Virus record (IMG/VR): IMGVR_UViG_3300022930_000007
Coordinates: 1 to 41,523 of that record
DNA from: a virus
Taxonomy: Duplodnaviria; Caudoviricetes
Strand: one strand, 5' to 3'
DNA: 41,523 bases
Both the position numbers and the translations under genes were made by a program. Below are positions 18,062-27,094 of this stretch, piece after piece. Position 1 is the first letter of the stretch. Each line of letters begins with the position of its first letter. The notes under the pieces are model-generated. The model made no database searches. It was not told the origin of the DNA and saw only the letters and a program-made list of their open reading frames with translations.

Positions 18062-19456
18062 ATGAAAAAAGTATTCTTGCCACAATTGGCAATCATGGGA
18101 GCGGGTTCAGCATCAGTATCAAGATTCTTCCGCGCTCAATTATCACCAGACGGTTCTAACGGAGGACTAACAGAGGCAGATAAAGCGGAAGCCATTAAAG
18201 CCGTTGAAGAAAAAGCAAAAGACGTAGCACAACGCTATGTAGCCGATAACCTAGCTAAACTGTTGAAAGCAGAGGTAGGATCAGATGAGGCAAAAACATT
18301 GATTAACGGTATTGCAGAAGCAGCCTTTAAATCATTGAAATTAAAAGATACAGCAGATAACCAAGAGAAAACTCTTGAAACTATCTTTGCTGAAATGCAG
18401 AAACAGCATGATGACATTGCGAAAGTTGTTAAAGGTCTACAGACTGGCGATGCTAACGTAGTTAAATCATTCGAGGCAGAACTTAAAGACCTTGTAGAGA
18501 CTAACAAAGGTGCGTTAGAAGCAATGTCGAAAGATCAGTCTGGTAAGGTTAACTTCACCATGAAGGCTGCTGGTACTATGCAGATCAGCACTAACTATAC
18601 TGGTGTAATTGGCCTGACTAACTTCGATACTGAGTTTGCTCGTATTCAAAGACGTCAACCGTTTATGCGTGAATTAGTTCGTATTCTGACTACTGATAAC
18701 ATGTATATTGCATGGGCAGAACAGAAGAATGCAGATCCAGGCGTTGCAGGAATGGTAGCAGAGGGAGCGTTAAAACCGCAAACTGATTTTGATATTGTTG
18801 AAGCTACTGCAAAGGTTGAGAAAATCGCTGTTTGGATTAAAGTATCTAAAGAAGCCTTGGCAGATATTAAGTTCTTACAAGGTGAGATCAATACTGAGCT
18901 TCGTGAGTTAGTTGCTTTGAAATTAGATGAGCAGATTCTTTCAGGTGATGGTACTTCTCCAAACCTTAGAGGTATTTTAACTGTAGCGCCTACATTTGCT
19001 GCTGTATCTACAATGGCATTGCTTGTACCTACACCGAATCGCTTTGACGTTATGGTAGCTGCTGTTGCTCAAATCGCTGCTGCTAACTTTGTGGCAGATA
19101 CGATTGTAGTTAACCCTGCTGATTACTACGCTATGCAATTAGTAAAGGATGCAGAAGGCCGTTATTTGTTGCCTCCATTCAGTTCTGCTGACGGAATGAC
19201 TATTGCCGGACTTCGCGTTGTTGCTAACAATGGTGTAGCTGTTGGAACGTTCCTAGTAGGAGATTTCAAGAAAGCAACACTGGCTATTCGTGAGGATGTA
19301 AATATCCAGATCGGTTATGTTAACGATGACTTTATCCGCAACTTAGTTACAATCCTTGCTGAAATGAGAGCGGTATTGTATGTTAAGTCTAATTGGTTGA
19401 ATGCGTTTGTTAAAGGTACGTTTGCTACTGCTCAAACTGCTTTGACTAAACCTTAG
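18062..19456 (+). CDS. Major capsid protein, HK97 fold, with N-terminal delta/scaffold region
   Basis: VAEGALKP, KVSKEALAD, DEQILSGDG, VVNPADY, GDF, DFIRNLVTILAEMR. Confidence 0.95.
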   Translation: MKKVFLPQLAIMGAGSASVSRFFRAQLSPDGSNGGLTEADKAEAIKAVEEKAKDVAQRYVADNLAKLLKAEVGSDEAKTLINGIAEAAFKSLKLKDTADNQEKTLETIFAEMQKQHDDIAKVVKGLQTGDANVVKSFEAELKDLVETNKGALEAMSKDQSGKVNFTMKAAGTMQISTNYTGVIGLTNFDTEFARIQRRQPFMRELVRILTTDNMYIAWAEQKNADPGVAGMVAEGALKPQTDFDIVEATAKVEKIAVWIKVSKEALADIKFLQGEINTELRELVALKLDEQILSGDGTSPNLRGILTVAPTFAAVSTMALLVPTPNRFDVMVAAVAQIAAANFVADTIVVNPADYYAMQLVKDAEGRYLLPPFSSADGMTIAGLRVVANNGVAVGTFLVGDFKKATLAIREDVNIQIGYVNDDFIRNLVTILAEMRAVLYVKSNWLNAFVKGTFATAQTALTKP

Positions 19457-19483
19457 TTTTAAGTTTTCTAGTTTTTTCATATT

Positions 19484-19516
19484 AGCCGGACAGTCGAGAG
19501 ATAGTCCGGCTTTTTT
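19484..19516 (+). terminator. Intrinsic terminator after the capsid gene
   Basis: AGCCGGAC...GTCCGGCT followed by a T-run. Confidence 0.85.
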
Positions 19517-19520
19517 GTAT

Positions 19521-20048
19521 TTACTCACCTGTTTGGGCTAAGTAAATTTCCTCTATTTGTTCTGGAGTTATGACTCTGCCATATTGGTCTATGTAGTTTT
19601 TATTTTCACAAGACACATAACCAAGAATAGATTTCAACTTAATTTTATTTTGATCTTCAATCCATTTTTCGGCGGCTTCTTTGGTGGAGAATAAGATAAT
19701 TTCTGTTGGTTTTTCTGGTATACTAAATACAGATAAAACAGGACTCATATACTTACCATTTTTTTTTAAAACAGTCCAATAGAAATTATCTTTGTGATAC
19801 AAATCAACTCCATCCTCTGACTTCATAATAAATTTACGTTCCGGTTTTTCCATGATTATATCAGCCCATTCTTCGCCATCAAAAATAGCATAATCATTAG
19901 TATCGTGTATTCTAGGTAAATCATATCCATCGGCAAAATGATATTCGCCAGTGCAAACTATTATACCGCCAAATTCACCCCATTGGCATTTTGTATCTTT
20001 AGGATACTTATCATATGCGTCTTTTAATAATTTCCATTTCTTTTCCAT
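19521..20048 (-). CDS. Hypothetical protein (antisense island 3; likely start MEKKW)
   Basis: ATG 3 nt after TATATTTG; SEDGVDLY and FSTKEAAEKWI motifs. Confidence 0.7.
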   Translation of the reverse strand: MEKKWKLLKDAYDKYPKDTKCQWGEFGGIIVCTGEYHFADGYDLPRIHDTNDYAIFDGEEWADIIMEKPERKFIMKSEDGVDLYHKDNFYWTVLKKNGKYMSPVLSVFSIPEKPTEIILFSTKEAAEKWIEDQNKIKLKSILGYVSCENKNYIDQYGRVITPEQIEEIYLAQTGE

Positions 20049-20051
20049 ACC

Positions 20052-20106
20052 CAAATATACCACACAATAAACCGTTTGCATCTATGTATTAAAAATGTTA
20101 CTTTTA
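20052..20106. promoter_or_regulatory. Divergent promoters
   Basis: Minus TATATTTG 20059-20052; plus TTTG-N20-TACTTTTA. Confidence 0.6.
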
Positions 20107-20126
20107 CTCTAATCAACAACATCACC

Positions 20127-20432
20127 ATGCAAGAAAACCCACAATTCAAAGTACAGGCGTTAACTAGGTTTCTTTACGCTCCTACAGGCCGTATATACGA
20201 TGCAAACGATATATTCGAAGTAAAGACCGAATCGGATTTTAAGTACCTTACAGAGGAACATAAGCTATGTAAAGTATCACCTAAAGATGCAGAGGTAACC
20301 GAAACTGAGCAGGATAAGCAAGACCGAGCGCACGAAATCGAACAACAAAGAGTTGAAGCGGAGAAAGCAGAAGTGTTAAAGGTTATTGAGGAAAAGCCAG
20401 TAGAGAAACCGAAATCTAAAGCCAAGAAATAA
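20127..20432 (+). CDS. Small post-capsid protein (likely start MQENP)
   Basis: Acidic then Lys-rich tail, typical of the gene between capsid and connector. Confidence 0.65.
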   Translation: MQENPQFKVQALTRFLYAPTGRIYDANDIFEVKTESDFKYLTEEHKLCKVSPKDAEVTETEQDKQDRAHEIEQQRVEAEKAEVLKVIEEKPVEKPKSKAKK

Positions 20433-21025
20433 TGTCATACCAAATCATTGATTCACCGGATATAACCGAACCAATAACGCTTGCAGAACAGAAAGCGTAT
20501 TCACGTATTGATGCGGATTACTCATCTGAGGATAGTGATTTGAGTGGACTTATTAGTGCTGCTAGGGCTGTTATTGAGGGATGGTTAAACGTTGGATTAG
20601 CTAATCGTGATGTTCAGGTACAATGGAATGGTTATCCATTGCAATTGCCTTTAAGCCCTAATGGTGCTGTTGGCTCGGTATCGGATGGTACGGACACATT
20701 ACCTACTACCGATTACACTGTTTCAGCATGGCAGAATAAAACTATATGGATAAACTCAGAGTCCGCCAAGAATGTTGAATGGTTTTACGCTCAAGATAAT
20801 TCATATGTTACGCCTTGGTATGAACACGTTAATAGCACTTGCACAATTTACACAGTTACTTACAATACAGGGTATACATCTGAGAACCTACCTAAAGCAC
20901 TTAAACAGGCCATCATGGCTCAAGTTGATTGGATGTATAAGAACAGAGGTGAGCCGAACGCATCAAGTGTATGCCCTCAAGCTGTGTTGATTGCTTCATC
21001 TTATTCCCGTAATCTAGTGTTATGA
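20432..21025 (+). CDS. Head-tail connector (gp6-like adaptor)
   Basis: EPITLAEQKAYSRID...LISAAR...PKALKQAI...WMYKNR. Confidence 0.88.
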   Translation: MSYQIIDSPDITEPITLAEQKAYSRIDADYSSEDSDLSGLISAARAVIEGWLNVGLANRDVQVQWNGYPLQLPLSPNGAVGSVSDGTDTLPTTDYTVSAWQNKTIWINSESAKNVEWFYAQDNSYVTPWYEHVNSTCTIYTVTYNTGYTSENLPKALKQAIMAQVDWMYKNRGEPNASSVCPQAVLIASSYSRNLVL

Positions 21026-21693
21026 TTAAGACAGGAGAACTAAATCAGCGTATTGAGATAATGGCATTTGCCGATGTGAGCGATGGAAGTGGAGGTGTAA
21101 TCTCAGAAGAAGTCGTTTACTGGTCTACATCTGCCAGGGTTAAGCCGATTAAATCTAGTTCATACTTACAAGCTAATCAGGAGTCATTAAAAGATGGGTT
21201 CGATATAACTGTTAGGTATCGCATAGATAAGTCTATTAAACAGGATATGCGGATTAAATACAGGTCGGGGTATTTGACGATTACGAGTGCGCCAACAGAC
21301 TATGAATCGAAAATCTATGTTCAGTTCAAAGCAGTTTGGTCACAACGTCCTGAAACAACAGAACCAGCACCACAAACATTATACTCTTATTACGGATATT
21401 TGAATGAAGGGGAGGTATTAACTGAGGCTAAGATACTAGCTGGTGAATCATTCGGCATAACTAACAACGGATCGGTTACAGTGCCTTTTAGTACCTCAGA
21501 TTTCAAATTACTTTGGTTAGCATTACCATCGGGTCAAACGGCCAAAACTACGGTTACAGATTTGAATAATGATTCGGTTACTCCAATAGGTGAAACTGGA
21601 ACGTTTGGTGAGCCTGTTACTATTGGTGAGTTTGATGCTTATGTGAGTAATTTCGCTACTGTTTATGAGGGGGCGGGGTTGATGTTTAGCTAA
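21022..21693 (+). CDS. Head closure (stopper) protein with C-terminal accessory domain
   Basis: GELNQRI...DGSGG...ITVRY...DMRIKY, then a Pro linker and ~105-aa extension. Confidence 0.85.
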   Translation: MIKTGELNQRIEIMAFADVSDGSGGVISEEVVYWSTSARVKPIKSSSYLQANQESLKDGFDITVRYRIDKSIKQDMRIKYRSGYLTITSAPTDYESKIYVQFKAVWSQRPETTEPAPQTLYSYYGYLNEGEVLTEAKILAGESFGITNNGSVTVPFSTSDFKLLWLALPSGQTAKTTVTDLNNDSVTPIGETGTFGEPVTIGEFDAYVSNFATVYEGAGLMFS

Positions 21694-21722
21694 AAAACCT
21701 ACCCGATTAAGAGTAGGCTTTG
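21692..21722. terminator. Bidirectional terminator candidate
   Basis: A-run, CCTAC...GTAGG, T-run between convergent genes. Confidence 0.55.
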
Positions 21723-21724
21723 AA

Positions 21725-21991
21725 TTATAAAACTGGGTGATTCTTTAAAACATATTGGCTAAACTTCTGAAATAAAGGCTGAATAATAAAACTCATTTTA
21801 TCCCCATCAGGTTGTTTATTGTATTTCGGTATTTCTATGTTTTCCGAAAGAAGAAACTGCTTCATTATTTCCGTGCATTGATTCAATGCTTCATTTCTAG
21901 TATTCATAGTTACTTTAATTCTTTGGGTTCTTTGCAACCAAAGGTATATCCCGTTTAATGCTGTTTTCTTTGATGCGTATTGATATCCCAT
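21725..21991 (-). CDS. Hypothetical protein (antisense island 4)
   Basis: ORF track. Confidence 0.65.
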   Translation of the reverse strand: MGYQYASKKTALNGIYLWLQRTQRIKVTMNTRNEALNQCTEIMKQFLLSENIEIPKYNKQPDGDKMSFIIQPLFQKFSQYVLKNHPVL

Positions 21992-21993
21992 AT

Positions 21994-22281
21994 CTACCTT
22001 TTATTAATTACTTTTTTATACCTCAATAATCTACTTAATATAGAATTAAGCTCACCAACTCTTTCTGATCTTTTCTTAGATTTCTCTATCGCTTCTGGAT
22101 CATTTTCAACTCCTATATTTTTGTAAACATTAATTCTTCCTTTAACATCTAGAATCATTGTGTTTATGGCTTCTAATTGGCCTTGTTCAAATAGTGTTTT
22201 CATATTGTTATTTATAAAATAAGTTTTTTTTAATTCTGATGGGTTATCGACTATATCTAATTCCATTTCTAGATTTTCCAT
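21994..22281 (-). CDS. Hypothetical protein (antisense island 4)
   Basis: ATG 4 nt after TAACTTAG. Confidence 0.65.
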   Translation of the reverse strand: MENLEMELDIVDNPSELKKTYFINNNMKTLFEQGQLEAINTMILDVKGRINVYKNIGVENDPEAIEKSKKRSERVGELNSILSRLLRYKKVINKR

Positions 22282-22285
22282 ACCC

Positions 22286-22332
22286 CTAAGTTAACTCAAT
22301 TCCTTATATTTGAATGCAACATCTTAGTTACA
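22286..22332. promoter_or_regulatory. Back-to-back promoters plus operator
   Basis: Minus TAACTTAG 22293-22286; plus TATATTTG 22305-22312; TGCAAC-ATCTTA-GTTACA 22315-22332. Confidence 0.7.
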
Positions 22333-22337
22333 ATACA

Positions 22338-22847
22338 ATGGCATCACAAGTACGCGGTTTTTCAGAAATGGTTGCTAGGCTTAATAGTTATAGCGCAAAT
22401 GTTCAGCAGGAGGTTAAATCTTTGACCGAATACTATTTAGGAGAGATTGAAACTGAGGCTATTGCTGCTGCTCCTAGTGGGGGTGATAAGATCATGACCG
22501 AACACGGTCCAATTAACCAGGAAATGATAGCCGATAAACGCAGGGGCTCATTTGTGCCGATAAATCAAGCTATAGGGATAACTTTAGATCGAAGTGGATA
22601 TAAGGGTTCGGTTTATGTTGAGAAGTCGGCTGGAGAGATAGCCGTATATTGCGAAATGGGAACAGGTCAATCAGCTAAATCATATCTTGCAACCGTTCCA
22701 ACTTATTGGAAAGCTATCGCCCAACTTTATTATATAAACGGACAGGGCAGTATCATAGCCCAGCCATATCTTCTACCCGCATTTTTAAAGAACTCAATTC
22801 TATACAAAAAAGAATTAAAACAGGTATTCAAAAGAGTTAGGTTGTAA
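22338..22847 (+). CDS. HK97 gp10-like tail completion/neck protein (likely start MASQV)
   Basis: VRGFSEM...YCEMGTG...AQPYLLPAF. Confidence 0.8.
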   Translation: MASQVRGFSEMVARLNSYSANVQQEVKSLTEYYLGEIETEAIAAAPSGGDKIMTEHGPINQEMIADKRRGSFVPINQAIGITLDRSGYKGSVYVEKSAGEIAVYCEMGTGQSAKSYLATVPTYWKAIAQLYYINGQGSIIAQPYLLPAFLKNSILYKKELKQVFKRVRL

Positions 22848-22863
22848 TTCATTATATTTGATT

Positions 22864-23334
22864 ATGCAAACACCAAGCCTAGCCTTAAGACAGGCCCTCT
22901 ACGCTTCATTACAAGGCATAGTATACAACACTAAAACTATTCCGGTATATGAGGAAAAGGCTAGCACTACTCCGCCCGTTGCAATAGTAACCATCGGAGG
23001 CGTTCAAGTCCAATGCTACATTATCCTACTTAACCAAACTGAAAACGATGATTCACCTAAGTGCCATAAGAATGATGCTTGCTCAATTCAGATTCAGATA
23101 AATACGGTATTCCCATTTACTAAAGGCGGATCTAAAACAGCAGAGGAAATAGAGAACTTGGTATATGCAAAGTTATTCCCTACTAGTTCATTAATGACGG
23201 GATTAGTATTGCCCAGCCCGTTTACTTTATGGAAATCGGTTAAGCAGGGAAGTAGGAGTATACAGTATGATACCGAGACAAATTCTTGTTGGACTCGTCA
23301 AATCACATTTAGTTTATGGATCGCACAGAGTTAG
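22864..23334 (+). CDS. Tail terminator-like protein (start MQTPS)
   Basis: LRQALYASL; position before the tail tube gene; TATATTTG 3 nt upstream. Confidence 0.7.
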   Translation: MQTPSLALRQALYASLQGIVYNTKTIPVYEEKASTTPPVAIVTIGGVQVQCYIILLNQTENDDSPKCHKNDACSIQIQINTVFPFTKGGSKTAEEIENLVYAKLFPTSSLMTGLVLPSPFTLWKSVKQGSRSIQYDTETNSCWTRQITFSLWIAQS

Positions 23335-23453
23335 AAATACAAGCTGAACAGGTATATCCCATGCCTTTGAATCCGTGTGTGTGGACTATTAGAAAGATTG
23401 AGTATTTGAGGGAGGAATGGGTTAAGGCCCGGACAGGTATCTATTCAAATTAA
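23316..23453 (+). CDS. 45-aa hypothetical protein (not in ORF track)
   Basis: MDRTELEIQAEQVYPMP...; fills the gap before the convergent gene. Confidence 0.45.
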   Translation: MDRTELEIQAEQVYPMPLNPCVWTIRKIEYLREEWVKARTGIYSN

Positions 23454-23462
23454 AACGCATTT

Positions 23463-23696
23463 TTATCTACACAGCCACCTAATTAATAGTTTTGCAGGCT
23501 CTGTTTCATTAAATAATGTCGCTCCCTGTTCGCTATGGGGTATTATAAATACAAGTGTTTCCCCATTATTTAGGCACGATATATATCTGTCATAAGGGTC
23601 TACCTTTGTAATAGTAACTTCAGGAGTTTGTCTAGCTGTTCTTTTGGCTAATGGATTTTCTCTATATAGAGCTTTTTTAATTTCGTTAGTTGTCAT
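23463..23696 (-). CDS. Hypothetical protein (antisense island 5)
   Basis: EIKKALYRENP...PAKLLIRWL; minus TAGGTTTG box upstream. Confidence 0.7.
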   Translation of the reverse strand: MTTNEIKKALYRENPLAKRTARQTPEVTITKVDPYDRYISCLNNGETLVFIIPHSEQGATLFNETEPAKLLIRWLCR

Positions 23697-23718
23697 AATA
23701 TTATTATCTACTTGAACC

Positions 23719-23779
23719 CAAACCTACAAAAATATTTAATTCCATTTTGCAACATTACCGTTACAGTTTCATATATTTA
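23719..23779. promoter_or_regulatory. Divergent promoters plus operator
   Basis: Minus TAGGTTTG 23726-23719; TGCAAC-ATTACC-GTTACA 23748-23765; plus TATATTTA 23772-23779. Confidence 0.65.
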
Positions 23780-23803
23780 CACTAACAATTTAAAAACAAC
23801 ATT

Positions 23804-24268
23804 ATGGCAACTAATCTGATCGGTACACCTTATATGCTTGAGGTAGATACTACCACAGTTACAACAAGCGTCAGAGGGACTGAGGCTAATTACAAGTTAC
23901 TTGCTTGTTTGACAACTAACGGTGTCGAATTTAACAACGCTGAACAGAACACATCTAATAAGTGTGATGGTGGTTTCGCTACTTCTGTTAGTGGTATTGG
24001 TTCGTGGTCGTTCTCTGCGGATGGTCAAGCGGTATCATTAGAAACTGGAGAGGCGGCTACTAAAACGAACTTCAATGCTATTTTAAAGCTTGCTAAGGAT
24101 AAAACTATCTTCTTTGTTAGAATGACTAACACAGCCAAAGATGTTTACCGCGAAGGTAAGGTTAGGATTTCTACTTACTCTGAGACAGCACCGAACAGTG
24201 ATGCGTATACATTTACAGCGACATTTGTAGGGATTGGTGAATTATTCTTAACACCTCCAACACCATAG
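23804..24268 (+). CDS. Major tail (tube) protein
   Basis: ACLTTNG...TSNKC...SWSFSADG...TFTATFVGIG; precedes the chaperones and TMP. Confidence 0.85.
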   Translation: MATNLIGTPYMLEVDTTTVTTSVRGTEANYKLLACLTTNGVEFNNAEQNTSNKCDGGFATSVSGIGSWSFSADGQAVSLETGEAATKTNFNAILKLAKDKTIFFVRMTNTAKDVYREGKVRISTYSETAPNSDAYTFTATFVGIGELFLTPPTP

Positions 24269-24269
24269 T

Positions 24270-24656
24270 ATGAGCGCAGAGCATAACGGTTTAGTTGAAA
24301 TTACTGTTAAAGGTAAAAAGCATCTACTGAGGTTTAGTTATCCGGCTTGTATGGATTTCGAGATCAGAGTATTTAAAAACCCTTCAAGCAATAATGGTAA
24401 GATGTTTATTGATCTTATCTATTCGGGTTTACTTGGCGACGCATTGAGAAATGAAAAACCTGAACCTGCTTATTCTGAAATATACGATTTAGCTGATAAA
24501 CTTACAGAAGAAGATAACTTCCAAGAGCAACAAGCTAAAGTTTGGGAGGCTTACAATCAGAGTAAATGGGGTAAGGAATGGTTGGCAAAGATTGAAGCGT
24601 TTAATAAAAAAAAAGTAGAAGAGGAAAACCAACAGATCCAAGAGAAGGACATTTAA
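24270..24656 (+). CDS. Tail assembly chaperone (G-like)
   Basis: Between the tube and TMP genes; A9 slippery run near the end. Confidence 0.8.
   Translation: MSAEHNGLVEITVKGKKHLLRFSYPACMDFEIRVFKNPSSNNGKMFIDLIYSGLLGDALRNEKPEPAYSEIYDLADKLTEEDNFQEQQAKVWEAYNQSKWGKEWLAKIEAFNKKKVEEENQQIQEKDI
24606..24614 (+). other. Programmed -1 frameshift site
   Basis: A AAA AAA; the -1 frame opens right after TAA 24605-24607 and runs into 24683-24958. Confidence 0.75.
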
Positions 24657-24682
24657 GAGTTTACGAATTTGCATATGGTAGA

Positions 24683-24958
24683 ATGGGGTTATCTGTAGAA
24701 CAATTTGCAGCACTAACCCCATTTTCTTTTCAACTCAAATGCCTTGGATTGCGTGATTACGATAGGTTGCAGGAATCGTTTTATAGGAAATTAGGTTGGA
24801 TTACATATGCTGTTAGTTCAGATCCTAAAAGTAAAATGACTATAGATGATGTTTGGCCTATAGCAGATAAGAAACCTGTTAAACCTCAAGCGGGTCTATT
24901 TGATAAGAAACAAATTAATAAGTTATTAGCGGATTTCCGTAAAAATAAAGATAAATAA
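24683..24958 (+). CDS. Tail assembly chaperone GT C-terminal part
   Basis: GLSVEQFAALTP; -1 frame relative to the upstream chaperone. Confidence 0.75.
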   Translation: MGLSVEQFAALTPFSFQLKCLGLRDYDRLQESFYRKLGWITYAVSSDPKSKMTIDDVWPIADKKPVKPQAGLFDKKQINKLLADFRKNKDK

Positions 24959-24960
24959 CA

Positions 24961-27093
24961 ATGGCAGATGCTTCATTATCGGTAGAATTAGAGGCCAGGG
25001 TAAGTAATTTTGTTAGTGGTATGCGCCAAGCTGGTACTGTATCACAACAAACAGCAAAAACGGTTACCACCTCAACAGACAAGATTGGCTCTGCTATTAG
25101 AAGTCAATTAGCTAGCGCGTTTTCTGCTGCTGCATTTATTTCTTTCGGTAAGGCTGTATTAGATGTTACTGCGGAATTCCAAAAGTTTAATGCAGTATTA
25201 GGAAACACTTTAGGCAGCTCTACGCTTGCTAGCTTAAAGCTAAAGGAAATACAGGATTTTGCAGCTAAAACCCCATTTGGCGTAAACGAATTAACAGGGG
25301 CATTTGTCAAGTTAGCTAACTCAGGTTTTAAACCTACAGGCGATCAGATGCGTGCGCTAGGTGATTTAGCCTCTAGTACAGGTAAATCATTCGATCAATT
25401 AGCAGAAGCGATATTAGATGCTCAATCTGGAGAGTTTGAAAGACTAAAGGAATTCGGTGTTCGTGCCAAAGATGCTGGAGATAGTGTAATATTTACCTAT
25501 AAAGGAGTTCAGACTCAGGTTGCCAAGACTAGCGAATCAATCCGTAACTATATAACCGATTTAGGTAATGCGGAAGGCGTGTCTGGGTCAATGGCTAAGA
25601 TAAGTGAGACTCTAGGCGGTAAAATAAGCAATCTAGGCGATTCATGGGATCAGATGTTGCTATCTGTTGGTGGGAATACTGAAGGTGTATTTAATACAGC
25701 TATTGATATTATTTCTAAGGCTATTAATAAGGTTACCGATTATAATAACGAATTAGCATTAGCCTCTAAATATGATTTGGGTAATGGAGTTGTAGATTTT
25801 GGTCAACGTATATCAAGCGCTTTTTTTGGTACAGGCAAAACTGACCTAGAATTACAGGCTAGTATAATTCAACAAATATCTAAAGGTATTAACGACACTG
25901 CCAACAGAGCTATAACGGGGGCTAAAAAAGTAAGTGACTTTGGTAAAGCAATAGCGGAATTAAAAAAACAAGGCGATACGCAATTAGCAACAGCCACTAA
26001 AAATGGCGCTAGTTCAGGTCAGATAAAAGCTATTTCTGATGCTTATCAATTCGGAGTTAAAGCGTTGCAAGATGCGCGTACGGCGTTTGGGAATCAGAGT
26101 AGTAGCGATGCTAATTTTGGGGATTCCAAAAAAGTCAAAACATTATCCGATGTTTTAAAAGTATTAAATATTGATCTTGAAAAATCTAGTAATCAATTTA
26201 AATCTACTTTCTCAGAAGAAAACGAAGCTAGGATAAGTTCCTACCAAAAAGCCATTGATGACTTAATTGAAATTGGATATAATAGAACTTCTGCCGCTGT
26301 AATTAAACTAAAAAAGGAACAGCAAGGATTATTCCTATTAACAGGAAATGACTCTACTAAAGGCACGCAAGAAGCTTTAAAACGTTATAGGGATTCTCTT
26401 AAGCAACCAGAATTATTAGGTAATACATCTGTTAATATCCCATCATTAGAAAACTCTAGCCGTGTAAAAGAATACAATCAATTATTAGCCGAACAAGCAC
26501 AATTCAAAGCAGATTATGAAGAAGGGTTTAGACAGCTATCGTCTGGAGCAATAAGCGATGCTATTGGCGGTGGTTTTAGCGCAATAGGAGAGGCCATGGT
26601 TAGCGGTGGTTCAGTAATTGAGGCTGCGGGTAATGCTTTGTTAGGCACGCTAGGATCATTCCTTAACGAACTAGGCCAAATGTTAATTAAGAAAGGTTTA
26701 GCTACGGTGCTTGCAGGAACAGCATTAAACTTTTTATTCCCAGGATCTGGAGCTAAAACAACAGCAGGAGGTTTTGGTTTAATCGCTGCTGGTGCTGCTT
26801 TATCATTAGGATCGGGTATAATAGGGGGTGCTAGTCGAGGTGTAAATAACAGGAATACCACTAACAATGTAACAGCCTTTGCAAGCGGAGGTATCGTTTC
26901 AGGCCCTACTAACGCTTTGATAGGTGAATACGCAGGAGCTAGAAACAATCCAGAAGTAGTAGCGCCATTAAGCAAATTGAAATCAATGATAGGAGGCGGA
27001 GAGCAAATCTACATCGCGGAAAACGTTATCAGAGGTCAGGATATAGTAACGATATACAAGAAAGCATCAGGAACATTAAGGAGGGTTAATTAA
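24961..27093 (+). CDS. Tape measure protein
   Basis: FAAKTPF, LGDLAS, TLGGKISNLGD; C-terminal FASGGIVSGPT...GEY...PEVVAPL. Confidence 0.93.
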   Translation: MADASLSVELEARVSNFVSGMRQAGTVSQQTAKTVTTSTDKIGSAIRSQLASAFSAAAFISFGKAVLDVTAEFQKFNAVLGNTLGSSTLASLKLKEIQDFAAKTPFGVNELTGAFVKLANSGFKPTGDQMRALGDLASSTGKSFDQLAEAILDAQSGEFERLKEFGVRAKDAGDSVIFTYKGVQTQVAKTSESIRNYITDLGNAEGVSGSMAKISETLGGKISNLGDSWDQMLLSVGGNTEGVFNTAIDIISKAINKVTDYNNELALASKYDLGNGVVDFGQRISSAFFGTGKTDLELQASIIQQISKGINDTANRAITGAKKVSDFGKAIAELKKQGDTQLATATKNGASSGQIKAISDAYQFGVKALQDARTAFGNQSSSDANFGDSKKVKTLSDVLKVLNIDLEKSSNQFKSTFSEENEARISSYQKAIDDLIEIGYNRTSAAVIKLKKEQQGLFLLTGNDSTKGTQEALKRYRDSLKQPELLGNTSVNIPSLENSSRVKEYNQLLAEQAQFKADYEEGFRQLSSGAISDAIGGGFSAIGEAMVSGGSVIEAAGNALLGTLGSFLNELGQMLIKKGLATVLAGTALNFLFPGSGAKTTAGGFGLIAAGAALSLGSGIIGGASRGVNNRNTTNNVTAFASGGIVSGPTNALIGEYAGARNNPEVVAPLSKLKSMIGGGEQIYIAENVIRGQDIVTIYKKASGTLRRVN

Positions 27094-27094
27094 A

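Noticed and set aside
24255-24272. Frameshift or read-through extension of the major tail protein
   Set aside because: The chaperone ATG follows 1 nt after the stop, leaving no room for an extension domain
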